Assembly (NCBI GenBank): GCA_964035545.1
Contig: OZ037769.1
Span: forward strand, 2,666,001 to 2,730,000
Source: Bugula neritina
Lineage: Eukaryota > Animalia > Bryozoa
Direction of reading: 5' to 3'
DNA length: 64,000 nt
The notes beneath the pieces were generated by a model, which saw only the letters and a list, made by a program, of their open reading frames with translations, was not told the DNA's origin and made no database searches. The position numbers and the translations under genes were made by a program. Of this stretch, positions 1 to 12,400 are shown piece after piece. How positions within the stretch are numbered: position 1 is the stretch's first letter; every line of letters begins with the position of its first letter.

Positions 1-66
1 ATTATTATACACATAATAATTTGAGCACTTTTTTATCCGCTGTTTTTAAAAATCTCACGATACAAT

Positions 67-69
<3 letters not shown>

Positions 70-101
<32 letters not shown>
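70..101. repeat. (TA)n microsatellite
   Basis: Direct run of TA dinucleotides in an intron. Confidence 0.95.
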
Positions 102-104
<3 letters not shown>

Positions 105-204
105 CAATTAAGAGACTCATTTCTTTATAAAATTATGAATTATTTCTCAATACTCAAGTTAATAATGTGTTGGGGATGGTTTGTAGCACACATTCGTTTT
201 ACAG

Positions 205-3200
205 CCTGGATCGGGGCCATAAGCTCTGTGGTTATCATCAGCGTTGCTGGCATAGCTGTTATATCCATCATCCCTCTGATTAAGAAGTCCTTCTACAAGC
301 AGGCTATACAGTTCCTAGTAGCCTTAGCAGTTGGCACATTGGTTGGGGACGCCTTACTACACCTCCTACCTCATGTAAGAATTTTAGTCTATGTATCATT
401 TCCTTTCTCTTTGAGTTATTCACTGCAACAGATTTGTTTGCCTGCTTTTAAAAACCGTCTGATGAGTATAACATTGCTGCTGTATCTTGTTTAAGAAGTT
501 TTCAAAGAAGACACAACTCTAAGCTATCACCTTGTAGCAGATTTCCTGTAATAGAAGTTTTCTCTTTGTTGCTAAGCAACAAAGAGGAAAGATACTGTGT
601 TGCTAGGTAACGCAGTGTCTTACTCATTTCTAAGAACGAAAGAAATTTCAACTAAAGAATTTCGTTTACTTTGTTTACCAGAAAAAAAATTAATTTTTAC
701 AGTAAAATTTTGCCCGGCCTGTAAGTTAGCTCAAGTTGGTTCCTTCCCTCCCCGTCTTATCACCAGCTGTTTGTTGCAGGCGTTGAGTGAGCACGAGGAG
801 GTGGAGTCAGATCTGCGCTCCTCCAGTCACCACGTATGGAGGGCTAGTGTAGCCCTTCTCGGTATCTACATATTCTTCAATGCCGAGAGAGTCGTGGGAG
901 CCATTACCAGTACAAAGCGTAGGAAGAAGGCCCTCGCTAAACACCAAGCAGTGAGTTTTGACTCTCAGTCTAACTCTAAAATGTAGCCTCAGGGAACGTA
1001 ACGTAATATTTCCACTTGTGAAATTATTATCAGTTTTTTAAACATATTTCATATGTCTTGTACTTTTTTGTAATTGTCTCAGTGACAGCATTGAAATAAC
1101 TGACTTTACAGTTCAAATAACTGACTTTACAGTTCAAATAACTGACTTTACAGTTCAAATAACTGACTTTACAGTTCAAATAACTGACTTTACAGTTCAA
1201 ATAACTGACTTTACAGTTCAAATAGCTGACTTTACAGTTCAAATAGCTGACTTTACAGTTCAAATAACTGACTTTACAATCCTTATAGTGTGATGTTGCT
1301 ACAAGTTGTCGTTTGTTATCACAGAGTGGTGTGTATTATGTAATGTTGAGTTGAAATGTTTCTCTTGACTGTTTTCACAGGATGGATCTGGTGAAAGTAC
1401 TAAAGATAAATCGGACATAGTCTCCTGTGGGTCTTGTGCAGAAGTTCCGTTTGTTAGTGGCCACAGTAGTAAAGGTTAGTTACTAGTGACTAGTGAGAGT
1501 AGTAAAGGTTAGTTACTAGTGACTAGTGAGAGTAGTAAAGGTTAGTTATTAGTAGTGAGAGTAGTAAAGGTTAGTTATTAGTGAGTAGTGAGAATAGTAA
1601 AGGTTAGTTATTAGTGAGAGTAGTAAAGGTTAGTTATTAGTAGTGAGAGTAGTAAAGGTTAGTTATTAGTGAGTAGTGAGAGTAGTAAAGGTTAGTTATT
1701 AGTGAGTAGTGAGAGTAGTAAAGGTTAGTGAGTAGTGAGTAGTCATTCATGAATGAATACTCACTAAAAAGTTGTTTTCAAGCATTAACTTTATTTTATT
1801 TATTACAATTTTGAGTATGTTAAAATTTCAACATATTTATAGAAGATGCCAGGTGTTATGCTGGTATGGTGATTCGAATGTGTCCTTGCATCATCATAAT
1901 AATGAAGGTATCAAAACAATAACAAACCCTAGCTTTAGATCTCTGCCAGCTTAGACTCAGTTCATATATCTAGTCTAAGTTGTGGTTAGCTTACTACCAG
2001 AAGCTGCCGATATAGTTACACCATTATGTGCCAACCGTTTTGTCCGGCAGCACGTGAAAGCACCTCGGCAGCAGCAGCATGTGAAAGCTTCCAGTGTTAC
2101 ATGGTGTTACAGCATTGTGTTGGGTAACACATCAGATGCGCGGAATGCGAGAGAATTCCTTATTTTTGCAATCCTGTTTTGTATTTTGTCCCAATATTTA
2201 ACAGCTGCTCTTACTAGTGCCAATATTCTGTCCCTCATGTTTTTCTTGGCTTCTCTGCTTACAGATTTGACACACTTTGCTCTGTAAACATATACATCAT
2301 AACTAGTCTGTATGTATGCATACTACACAGGCCTCTATTCTATGTCCCTACTAAAGCATGGCACTTCTACTCACTCCCTAAGCATTCTAACCTCATGGTG
2401 TACATTACTGTTTGCGGAAATATTTGAAAATAAGAAGATAATGCTGAGAGTTCTCAAATATCTGGTGATAATATCTTGAGATCTCAATAGCAATGTCTAC
2501 TGTGTTGTAGATCTCAATAGCAATGTCTACTGTGTTGTAGAAATGACCGAGTTTGCTAACGAGGCACATAAAGAGCTGCATACATTGAATAGAATACCTT
2601 GCTCCCAGTCTACTGAGATAGTTCATTTAACGGAGGACCACAAAACCTGTCCTCCACATTCAAAGAGTTTCCAGCTCCCCGTAAGTCAAGGCATTATATA
2701 TGGAGTAGAGTAACTCTTTCATGTTCTTGGTTTACCAGTTTGCTATAAGTAGCTTGAGAATACACGTAAGGGGGAGGGGAGGGGGGTAAGGGCTGACTTC
2801 TTATTCGTTTCTCAAACTTGTTCAACGACAAACTTAAACTTCCAAAGGACTGGAAAGTCTTGAGATAAATATAAAACATCTTCTCGCTGTTGCAACTGTT
2901 GTTCATATTTTTTTGGAAATTAAATTTATTTTGTCACGTATGAAGAAATTTCTAACTGACCAACTTGGTTATTTTATTGTTTGTGTGGACAAACAACTTC
3001 AAAACAGGCGCGAGTTTTAAATCTCTGAATTTATTTTGTTACAGAAAATTTCGGAGGATAAATTGAGCCAGACAGTCTCAGCCACCAGCCAACAGACCCC
3101 CTCATCACCTGCCCATCATGAGGTAAGTGTGGATGCAGCACCTGGGCATTGCGCAATATTATCATCACGATGGTAAGGATATATCTCTGCGGTTACTTGG

Positions 3201-5058
3201 GATAATAATGTGTCTGGGAGAAAGAAGTCTGTTTACAATCAGGAGACTAAACTTGTTCTTAGACACACTGAGTATGAGGTTAAACTCATAGTGGTGGGCT
3301 GAATGTCAGTGAGGAATAATATAGCAGTTGGCAAGCATCCAAGTTTAGACTATACAGAGTTGTCTGCCGCCCGTATTTCTGACTACTTGGGGTGGATAAC
3401 TTCTAAACTGCTGTCATTTTATTGGTAAAACGAAAGCTAGTAGGAATTATTCTATTCTGCAGGACACGGGGCCAACCGTTAACAGCCCGTTGTTACTAGC
3501 TTCAGAACCACAGACTACTGATAAACCTAAAGGGACAGCAGAGCACGCCTCTTCCGCGTCTTCTCTTTCTCACGTGAAAGTTAAGGCTGAGGACGAAGAA
3601 GGCGGACATGGACACAGCCACGCCTTACCTAGCTCCTGTTCCTCCGTAGCCTACATGGTCATAATGGGGGACGGGCTACATAACTTTACAGACGGGCTCG
3701 CTATTGGTACAGTTCACTTGTCTAACCGTTTTAATAAATAAATTTAGTGGATACAGTTATAAAACTGCTTCACTGTCTGTAACTTGATGGTAACTAGACT
3801 TGGTAATGTTTTAGGTGCTGCTTTCTCGTCTAGTTTCACAGGGGGAATTAGCACATCCATTGCTGTGTTGTGTCATGAGTTACCACATGAGCTTGGTAAG
3901 TCTAATACACTTACATTACCAGTATACTTACACTACTAGTGTACTTACACTACACAGTATACTTCCACTATTAGGGGTTGAAGTAACCGTTTTTTTCTAA
4001 ATATTATAATCATGAACACATATTTTCTATCATACTACTTTATTTTTTAGTGTATCACAAACACACTGGTTTAGAGTTATTTTAAAATTATATGTATTCA
4101 TCTTTTATTTGTTCTGCACCAATGCATTCGTTGGTCTCATAAAAAGTTTAAAATTACACCTTATGGGTTTTTTGCATAAAGTAAATTGTAGATACACGAC
4201 TCAAGTTGATGTCTATCTTGTTTCTATTTTCAGGTGACTTTGCAATGCTGTTGAAGACGGGGATGACGCTGAAGCAGGCATACCTGTGCAACATAGTCAG
4301 CGCCACACTGCAGTGTGTGGGCGTGGTGATTGGTGTGCTGATCGGCAATGTGGGCGCCTTATCTCAGTGGCTTTTTGCATTTGCTGGCGGTATATTCCTT
4401 TACGTTGGACTCGTTGATATGGTGAGTCTTCTACTTCATGGTCTTTAGGCTATACAGAGTTGCTAATGCTTCACAATCTAATGTGCTCTTGTAAAAGAGG
4501 TAGGAAATTGTTAGCATAGATTAAAATGGAATATTCTAATAAAAGCTGTAGGATGTCAGGTCTGTTGTTTTTCTGCATCACAATACTCTTATTTATGTTT
4601 CTATTTTGTGATGATCTGAGGCTACCTTAGCATATACTCAGCATCCTTTTTTGGTCATATGGGGGAGGGGGGGGGGTTTCTATAGCCACACACTCATTGT
4701 ATGTAGTTACTCTACTGGCTTATCTCTCTTGTGAATTGACTTTAGTCATGCTAGTTACAATGTTTACACTTTTCTCGTTTCTCTTTTTAAAGCTGCCACA
4801 TCTGAAGCTGAAATCCGCTCCTTTGTCTGGTAATTCCCCCAGTTTAACTGCAATGCTATTCCCTGTGACCATATTTTGTATTATTTTACCCCCTCATCTT
4901 GTTTTACTTTCCAGTTGCCAGAGATTTCCAAAATAGACAAGCATCGTGTGTGGAAGCAACTCTTTCTCCAAAACTGTGGATTGCTTCTGGGATTCGCTTT
5001 CATGTTGCTTATAGCTGCCTTCGAGACGGACATAGAACACGCATTCGTCCTTGAGTAA
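205..5058 (+). CDS. LIV-1 subfamily ZIP zinc transporter (SLC39A6/SLC39A10/foi-like), 5'-partial, multi-exon
   Basis: Exons: 205-374, 780-950, 1381-1474, an uncertain phase-fixing small exon from 1843, 3045-3122, 3463-3706, 3815-3895, 4234-4421, 4915-5058(TAA). All have AG/GT ends. Motifs: [23 protein letters not shown] loop, [14 protein letters not shown], the LIV-1 signature [12 protein letters not shown], and [11 protein letters not shown]. Confidence 0.93.
1094..1279. repeat. 21-bp tandem repeat (AAATAACTGACTTTACAGTTC), about 9 copies, intronic
   Basis: Near-identical adjacent units. They account for the spurious ORF 1030..1263. Confidence 0.95.
1465..1743 (+). repeat. 26-33-bp tandem repeat reiterating the exon end and donor AGTAGTAAAG|GTTAGT, 9 copies
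   Basis: AAAG|GTTAG occurs at about 1471, 1504, 1537, 1566, 1599, 1625, 1654, 1687 and 1720. Confidence 0.92.
2480..2542. repeat. 30-bp direct duplication, intronic
   Basis: AGATCTCAATAGCAATGTCTACTGTGTTGT occurs twice in tandem. Confidence 0.9.
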
Positions 5059-7479
5059 CCCGAAACTGCACCATTCCTTCACAACTTTATTTACAAATTA
5101 ATATATTTTTTAAATTATATACACTCAGATTATTAGATTTATTTTGTCTGAATTCTTTTATTACTCAACCGATGTTTTGCCTCCGATATAATGTTTTACT
5201 ACTTAGTTAGTTAGCTAGTTAGCTAGTTAGTCTTCTTGTTTCAGTGCCGTGCAGTTGACTTCTTTTTCTGTTGTTGACTCGTACACATATTAATATATGT
5301 GTACTCTGTTTCATATAACTTGCATTTCTAAATCTCCCTTTTACATGGCTAGACTTTCCACTCTTTAGTCTCACGTATATACTCTCGCATGTTACTCCTT
5401 CAACTAAGTTTTAACAATGAGTTTAAACATGTCCTGCCACTTACGTCATCAGTAAGTACAAAATTAATTAAATATATTAGCATGAATATATGGACACTGA
5501 ACCAGTACGTGAGGTAAGAGGCTAATGTGTCCCTATAAGCCAGTATGATACGTTTTTAAGCTTTGTTGCCTACATTGTGTGCAAATCCCTGGTTAGAAAT
5601 AGTGAGTCCCAATGTTCTCAAGTATTTCACCGTTTACCGACTTTAATTCTCTCTTCTTTTTTCATTCAAGAATTTCTTTCAAAAATCAGCCGACTATCGC
5701 AATGTTGAACACTTCATATTTTATTAGCCATGTCAGCTTTCTGTTGTCTTTTCATTTGTCCTTGTTAACCATTTATTTTAAATACTAAATATTGTTTAAT
5801 GTGTTAGACAGGTCAAACAACATTTAGTAGGCAAAACCTCTATTTAGTATCTTTATTATATGTAGTACTCTACGTAAATTTAGTATGTTTATTATATTCA
5901 AGCCTATAATACATTTAGGCTGCAACACTGTCATGTCTGAATTACACCTTCATGTTTATTCATTTAACAGCTTCAGTTTTTGGTGCTCTTGTTTGATTTG
6001 AAAATTATGCTTTGTAATAGTCTACTACAATATCCTGTCTTATGACGTAACAACCATGGCACTTTTTAATATGTATTCATCAGTTTCTATTTAAAGTTAC
6101 ATAACATTATCATATTAATATTAACTTGTTTATGGTTTTTTATCTTTGTCATTAAACGCAATTAATGTTAGCAATGGAATCATAATTAAGATATTTAAAA
6201 TAAAGATAAATAATTGTAACAATATGAATTATTTTGATTATATAATATTCTTAGCATGTAACTTTGATTGGCTTGGATAAAACAATAATATTGCAGGTAC
6301 ATTATCAATTGAAAAGGTGCATTTGAGGGAAGACAACCCTCAAATTATTAAAATATGTGATGCATGTCTTCTGATGTGTAACTAAGAATTAGAAAATGCC
6401 GTAATCAACCTCTGCAGGTCTTAAAATTGTTGAATTAATTTCAGCTACTAACAGCTGGTAACTAAATTTGCAAATAAGGAATTTGTATATTGATTGCATC
6501 GTAACACCATGCACATGAAATGTTTCTGTAGATAGTTAAAAGTTTCATGAGTAAAAAATACCTGCAGTAATGAATTCATCTCTCCAAGCTGTGTTCTAAT
6601 TTTTATTTATGTAATATTAAATTTTATATAATCCGTCCTTCCATAATGGAAAGTTTTTTTCATAAAATAGTCATCATTAGACAACAGTTGTTTTTTAAAT
6701 GAATTGAACCAAAAATTATGTAAAATGGCTATGGCGCATGTGAAATTGAACGGCATTACACTGATTAGGCAGAAATTTACAAGTTGCTTTAAAAAGCAAA
6801 CTATCTTATCATTTTACCTGAAGATCTAGTTTATACTACTCTACTATGACATCATTATAAATTTAAACTTATTTCATCAACATCTGCATAATTTCTTTGC
6901 ATATGCATTACATAAATTATCTTAGACTGCTTTCCAATTGCACTAGCAGCTAAACTGCAGTTTGTACAGAGTATAGTAAAACTTCTGGTTGGTTTTATGC
7001 TTGGCATTATATCATATCATCAGTTTCTAAACAAAGGTGTAATAATTTTCACTTGTTGAAATGAAGTAAGCTGTAAAAATAGTAATCAATTTAATTTTAT
7101 TAATTATGTAAATAGATACAGAGAGCAATGATTATTTGAATAACTACACTTATCTACTATATAAAATCACAAGAGTGACTTTGAATATCGCATGGGAACG
7201 TTATATAGCCTGTTGAAAACAATATTAAAAAAAATATTATTACGAGGTTCGAGTTGTAGTGCAAGCTATACAGGAGTTGTTGTCTCATAAATAAAGGCAG
7301 TTTAACAAACTGTCTAAATGCGCAATAAGAATTAACAGTGTTTAGTGACTAGAACATTATTTTTGTTACATAATTAAAGTTTACATATGTAAAATTTGTA
7401 AGTAAATTTTAAAAGATTGCTTTAAATTGTATAAACCATATATAATGTAAAAACTAAAATGCTATTATCAAGTTTGACC

Positions 7480-7690
7480 TAATGACCTCAGCCCTCAGTG
7501 AGTAAGTCATTGTGTAGTATTAGTGCGCACGAAGCATAGATAACAGGAAAACCTAAAGTTGATGACGATTAAGGATTTCAGCTGACGTGAGACCTACGTG
7601 TCCAGTGAAAATACTCCAATATCGCTGACGAAAAATACGTAGTTGGTGGGTAAGTGAGTGTAAACAATAGGGGAATACCCACACGTGCAA
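7480..7690 (+). promoter_or_regulatory. Putative CREB promoter/first non-coding exon with a cluster of CRE-like sites
   Basis: CpG-containing patch in an AT-rich background. TGACCTCA 7483-7490, TGACG 7563-7567, TGACGTGA 7583-7590, TGACG 7626-7630, CACGTG 7682-7687. Candidate donor G|GTAAGT at 7650. Confidence 0.55.
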
Positions 7691-9458
7691 AAAGAAAGAT
7701 GTTGGTTTCATCCAGATGTTTTCAGATAAATTTATTAATTCAGTATTTACTTCATCTTAGAAAACAAGTTAGTTTTTTGTTATACTTATAGTTATTAACT
7801 CATTTCATTTTCAACTGCAAGTTTAAAACGATTTGAATTAAAATGGCGATTGAGGCGAATCAGAATGTGTATCACAATTGACATTGTTATGAAAACTACA
7901 ATGTTGGATGTTAAAGTTAATCATTTTGTTGGTATAACTTTATAAAAAACCAATGCTTACAGACATAGAGCTATAAATTATTAAACCCCCAGACCTACTT
8001 ATGTTTTATTGTTAAACTTTATGTTAATCAATGATTCGATTTCAGACTGAAACATTTATCATTTCTCTATATCCATATTATGATTATGATGACATAAATA
8101 TATTTAATTTTATGCTCGTTTACGGTTCACCAACAGTAACAGTATAAGTATGACATAGCTTAGAACAATTAATGATAATATTTATATTAGTAAATTACCA
8201 ATATGATTATCATTATGATTATGGATTATGATGATTATGCTGTGATGGCGAAAATTAATTGAAACAGAGTCAGTATTTAATAGTTTGGCACAATACAATG
8301 CAATAACGATGACATTGACTATGACGATGATAAATTCCTTCATATTTATTTTTAAACTAGATTGTTTAAAATTTCTAAAAACTCTTTCTACAAATACCTG
8401 TTTAAAAATTATCAGGAATGTTTAACTTTATGTTCAGTTTTCTGATGAAAAATAATTATAAGAGTAGAATAGGTGTAAGCAGCTATCATGAGGTGATAGA
8501 AAGTAAGCCGTACACAATTCTATCAAAATGTTATTTTCACTTTGAGTTGGTAAAATTTTAAACCATATAGCCAATATACAATATTACCATTAGCTCTAAA
8601 TTAAATAATATATGCACCCATTTATTTTACAAATAGTTGTATTGTAAATTTTCAAGTTTTTCTGTTTTAGTATTACAGTTTTAATATAAATCTGACCTAC
8701 ACTTATCTTTAAGGATAATATTTTATGCCTTATGGGCAAAATGTGTAAGTAATATTTGCATCTTTTATTTTTCAAAGCATTTTAAAACAAAGTATTCTGT
8801 AAGAATATTCAAATATAAAAATGGAAAAGATCCTGATAAACCCATATAATATAGTCAAGATGCTAAAATATATTCACAACACGCAGCAACATCAAGAGGA
8901 AATTGCTTATTTCTGCTCCAGCAGTTTTGTTTACGCATTCTAAGTTGTGGGGGCAGTTAACTGTGTCACAACATAGAATTTACAACACTAAGATTGCCAA
9001 TTTCTAGCTAATTTACTTTGGTTTGCTTATGCATAATTTTTTATATCCTGTAGGATAAGAAATATACGATTTATTCCAAGAAAGTTTCATCTTGAAAACT
9101 TGCGAATTCGGTGAGTAAATTAAAATGTTTAAAAAATAAATTAAAATGTTATTTTTCAACCTTATGTATTTCTCCAAGAAATGGCTTATAATATTTTTGT
9201 GAATAGAAAGTAATTTATGAGATTTTAAATATTACAATGATTTTACTTTGAAAGCTAATTCAGTGTAATGTAGGTAATACTAAAGTGCAGCAGCTAAACT
9301 ACTACCAGAAACAGCGGGCCACTTCTCTTAAATGTTGAAAGGGTATTTTCTGATAATTTTCATGAAGATGTGTAAATTCAGGAGTATTACATACTTTGTT
9401 TTTATTCAAATTGCATGATATAAACATTTTAGAGTACATATGCTGCCGCTAGAATGAT

Positions 9459-12400
9459 ATGGAGAATTTAAGTGAAGAGGAAAACTCTAGTGTAAGTTCA
9501 CTAAACATTTATAATGTTTATTATATTTATTTCGTTTATTATAGTTATGTTGATAACAATCCATGATTTTATAATCTTAACTAATGTAACTAAAAATACT
9601 TAATTTATAAAAAGCAATGGCTGTTGAGCAACCATGCTCTTTATTTCACTCTTCAAAGTGACATTTTTCACAATACTGTGATTCACTTCCACATTAACAC
9701 CCGCTGAGCAGATCCTGTAATACGGATGTCTCTCACGATGATGGTTGTGGGTATGGGCTAGTCACTCCACTGCTCACCAGGGCACTGTGTGGGGTGTGTC
9801 GTTTGCACTATGACAGGTGTGTCATGTGCACTGTGACAGGTGTGTCATATGCACTGTGACAGGTGTGTCATGCACTGCGACAGGTGTCACAGGTGCACTG
9901 TGACAGGTGTGTCATGTGCACTGTGACAGTTGTGTCATATGCACTGTGACAGGTGTGTCATATGCGCTGTGACAGTTGTGTCATATGCACTGTGACAGGC
10001 GTGTCAGATGCACTGTGACAGGCGTGTCAGATGCAATGTGACAAGTGTCACAGGTGTGTGCTCTCTTACAGCAGACTATCAGCGAACAGGAGGACCAAGA
10101 TAACGCTGCTAGAAGGGAGTTGCTCGCCCGCCGACCTTCCTACAGAAAGATTCTCAACGACCTCTCTGCTGGCAGCACCGGGTCTGCTATGATGGGAGAT
10201 AAAATACCGGAGGAAGAGGACAGCAACGACAGCGGCGAAGATAGCAGCAGTCAGATGGTGTACAGCAGCGGAAACAATAACGCTGTCGGTAGGTTGGCCA
10301 GTGCAACTTCCTACTAGACTACTGGCCCATAAGAGGTGCTGTTATGTTTGCTAATATGTAACGTGTGAGCTGATTGGTCAGGCCACCTCTTGCGCAGTGT
10401 AGTATCTTCTAATTGCTGTGGTCACCTCTGGTGTTGCCTTTCACACAGCAGTATTGTAGTGCTGCTTTACAACTAGTCAGTACTTTAGCTGAATGGAAGA
10501 CACTATTATTTGTATATCTCTCATAGATTTAGTAAGTTTAATATTTATAAATTAGCCCAATTTTTGTGATAGTGATAGCCACAGAAATAAAGGGGCCAAT
10601 TGGTAGTTAGTGGTTGAATTAGTGGCATTTATTCAATAGATTAGCAGGAAATGGATGCCATAATATTCTCTGCCTGCCTACTATCACGTTCTTACTTCAT
10701 AAATAACATTTTCTAGTGTAGGGCTTGGCGTGTAGCACAAGCTCTATTAGTTGTTGCTCTGTGTTTATGAATGGCTGGGTACCAACTATCGACTTGTTCA
10801 GTGGAGCTCAACTAAGACCTTGCGCTATAGTCGCGAATAGTTATTTATATTATTTACATCATTTCGATACAGGAAATGCGTCATCACGGCCATTTGAATA
10901 CAAGTAGCTGAATACGTAGATACTATAGGCGCATAATGATGTTCAATGGCGCGTAACGAGCACACTGCTCCTAGCGTATAATCCAGTCATTCACTCGTAC
11001 TGGAGGTGTACTTGTAGTTAGTCATTAGTAACCTATTCTAAGTATGTAGTATAACAATACTGATTCTAGTAATACCAGCTGGAGCTATACAAATTACAGA
11101 TGAAAATGGGCATGGCTTACAGACCCTTACTATGAGTAACAGTGATACTGCTGTCTCTAACTCAGGTAGGTGTGCTATTTCACCTGTACACCTGTCACTA
11201 CTGTGCTCCACCATTGGGTATGTCATAGTTGTTACTTGTAATTGATCTCTAGGACTGGCCTGTGTTGGTTTAGAGTAGAGAACAATGGGGCTTCTTCCAT
11301 GTTTACATTCTTCAACACTATCATAGTTATTGTGATGGCATAGCTAAGTAAACAGTATGTTTATATTATGTTGATCCTAGCTCTAAAGAGTGATGAACAG
11401 TGCTACAAGACAACCTGCCTTGTGTAAATAATAAAGCTGCTACTTCCTGTTACATAGTGAGGGCATTTGGGAGTTGTGCTCTTTCTAATGTCTTGTGCGG
11501 CCTAACTTGTAGAGCTGCATTTCTTTTATTTCCTGTCTTCACCTTTTACTTTAAAATTATCAACATATCTGTGTCAATTATAGTCTAGTACACTTACATA
11601 TACAGTACTTACATATACTTACACACTTACCTGTAGGTACAACTATAGTTCAATACGCACAAGGTCCAGAAGGTCAACTGCTAATACCCGCGGGGTCAAC
11701 ATACCAGTTGAGTACCATAGGTGGTCCCAGTGTGCTGATGGCTACAGGCGGGGGCGGCGTAGGTGAAGAGGCATCCCGGAAACGTGAACTTCGACTGCTA
11801 AAAAATCGGTAGGTAGAATTCATCAATAGTAACACTGGTAGGCAGTGTGCTGTGGCCAGCCGTGTGGCTCTTGTAAGGTAATTCTGGGAAACCCAGAATT
11901 GTCACATCTGGTTTATACCCCACTTTCTGCTGACTCCCATGTATTAGCAGTTTCTAACAATTGAGAGTCACAGAGCTGGGCCGTGGATGCAGTTTCTAGA
12001 AGTTCCGAGCTGCTCATCTTCTTCCATATCTTATTTTTAGCTGACATGTTTAGGATTATCTGTATGCTAGTTGCGAGAGGTTAAGATTCCAGCTTTTACT
12101 GCGGTGAGAGTTTTGGTTGAAAACCAACCAGTAGCCTTGGCACTGATTTAATAAAAAAAAAGCCCTTCAATACTATTATTTGTGAAGATTGTGTGAAAGT
12201 ACGCCTACAGCCTACACAAGTCGTTCTTGTACTGCTTCCTGCGTTGCTAACCGCCCTATTGCATCACTAGGTGTAGCTATGTCAGTAAAACATGATGTAA
12301 ATGTGACGAGATGTCACACTGTCACCTGCCAAGAGCTGATATGGAGTTGTGTTCCACTGCTCATGAACTGTACATATCGTAGAGTTTGTGTGCGATTACT

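Noticed and set aside
1030-1263. ORF with NCKVSYL repeats
   Set aside because: Translation of an intronic 21-bp tandem repeat, antisense to the ZIP gene, with no splice or homology support.
1094-1743. CRISPR-like arrays (also 9804-10058, 22252-22358, 30306-30525)
   Set aside because: Units are head-to-tail with no unique spacers, there are no cas genes, and the context is eukaryotic intron or UTR.
9804-10058. Metal-response elements in the minisatellite near the zinc transporter
   Set aside because: Units read TGCACTG or TGCGCTG, which does not fit the MRE core TGCRCNC.
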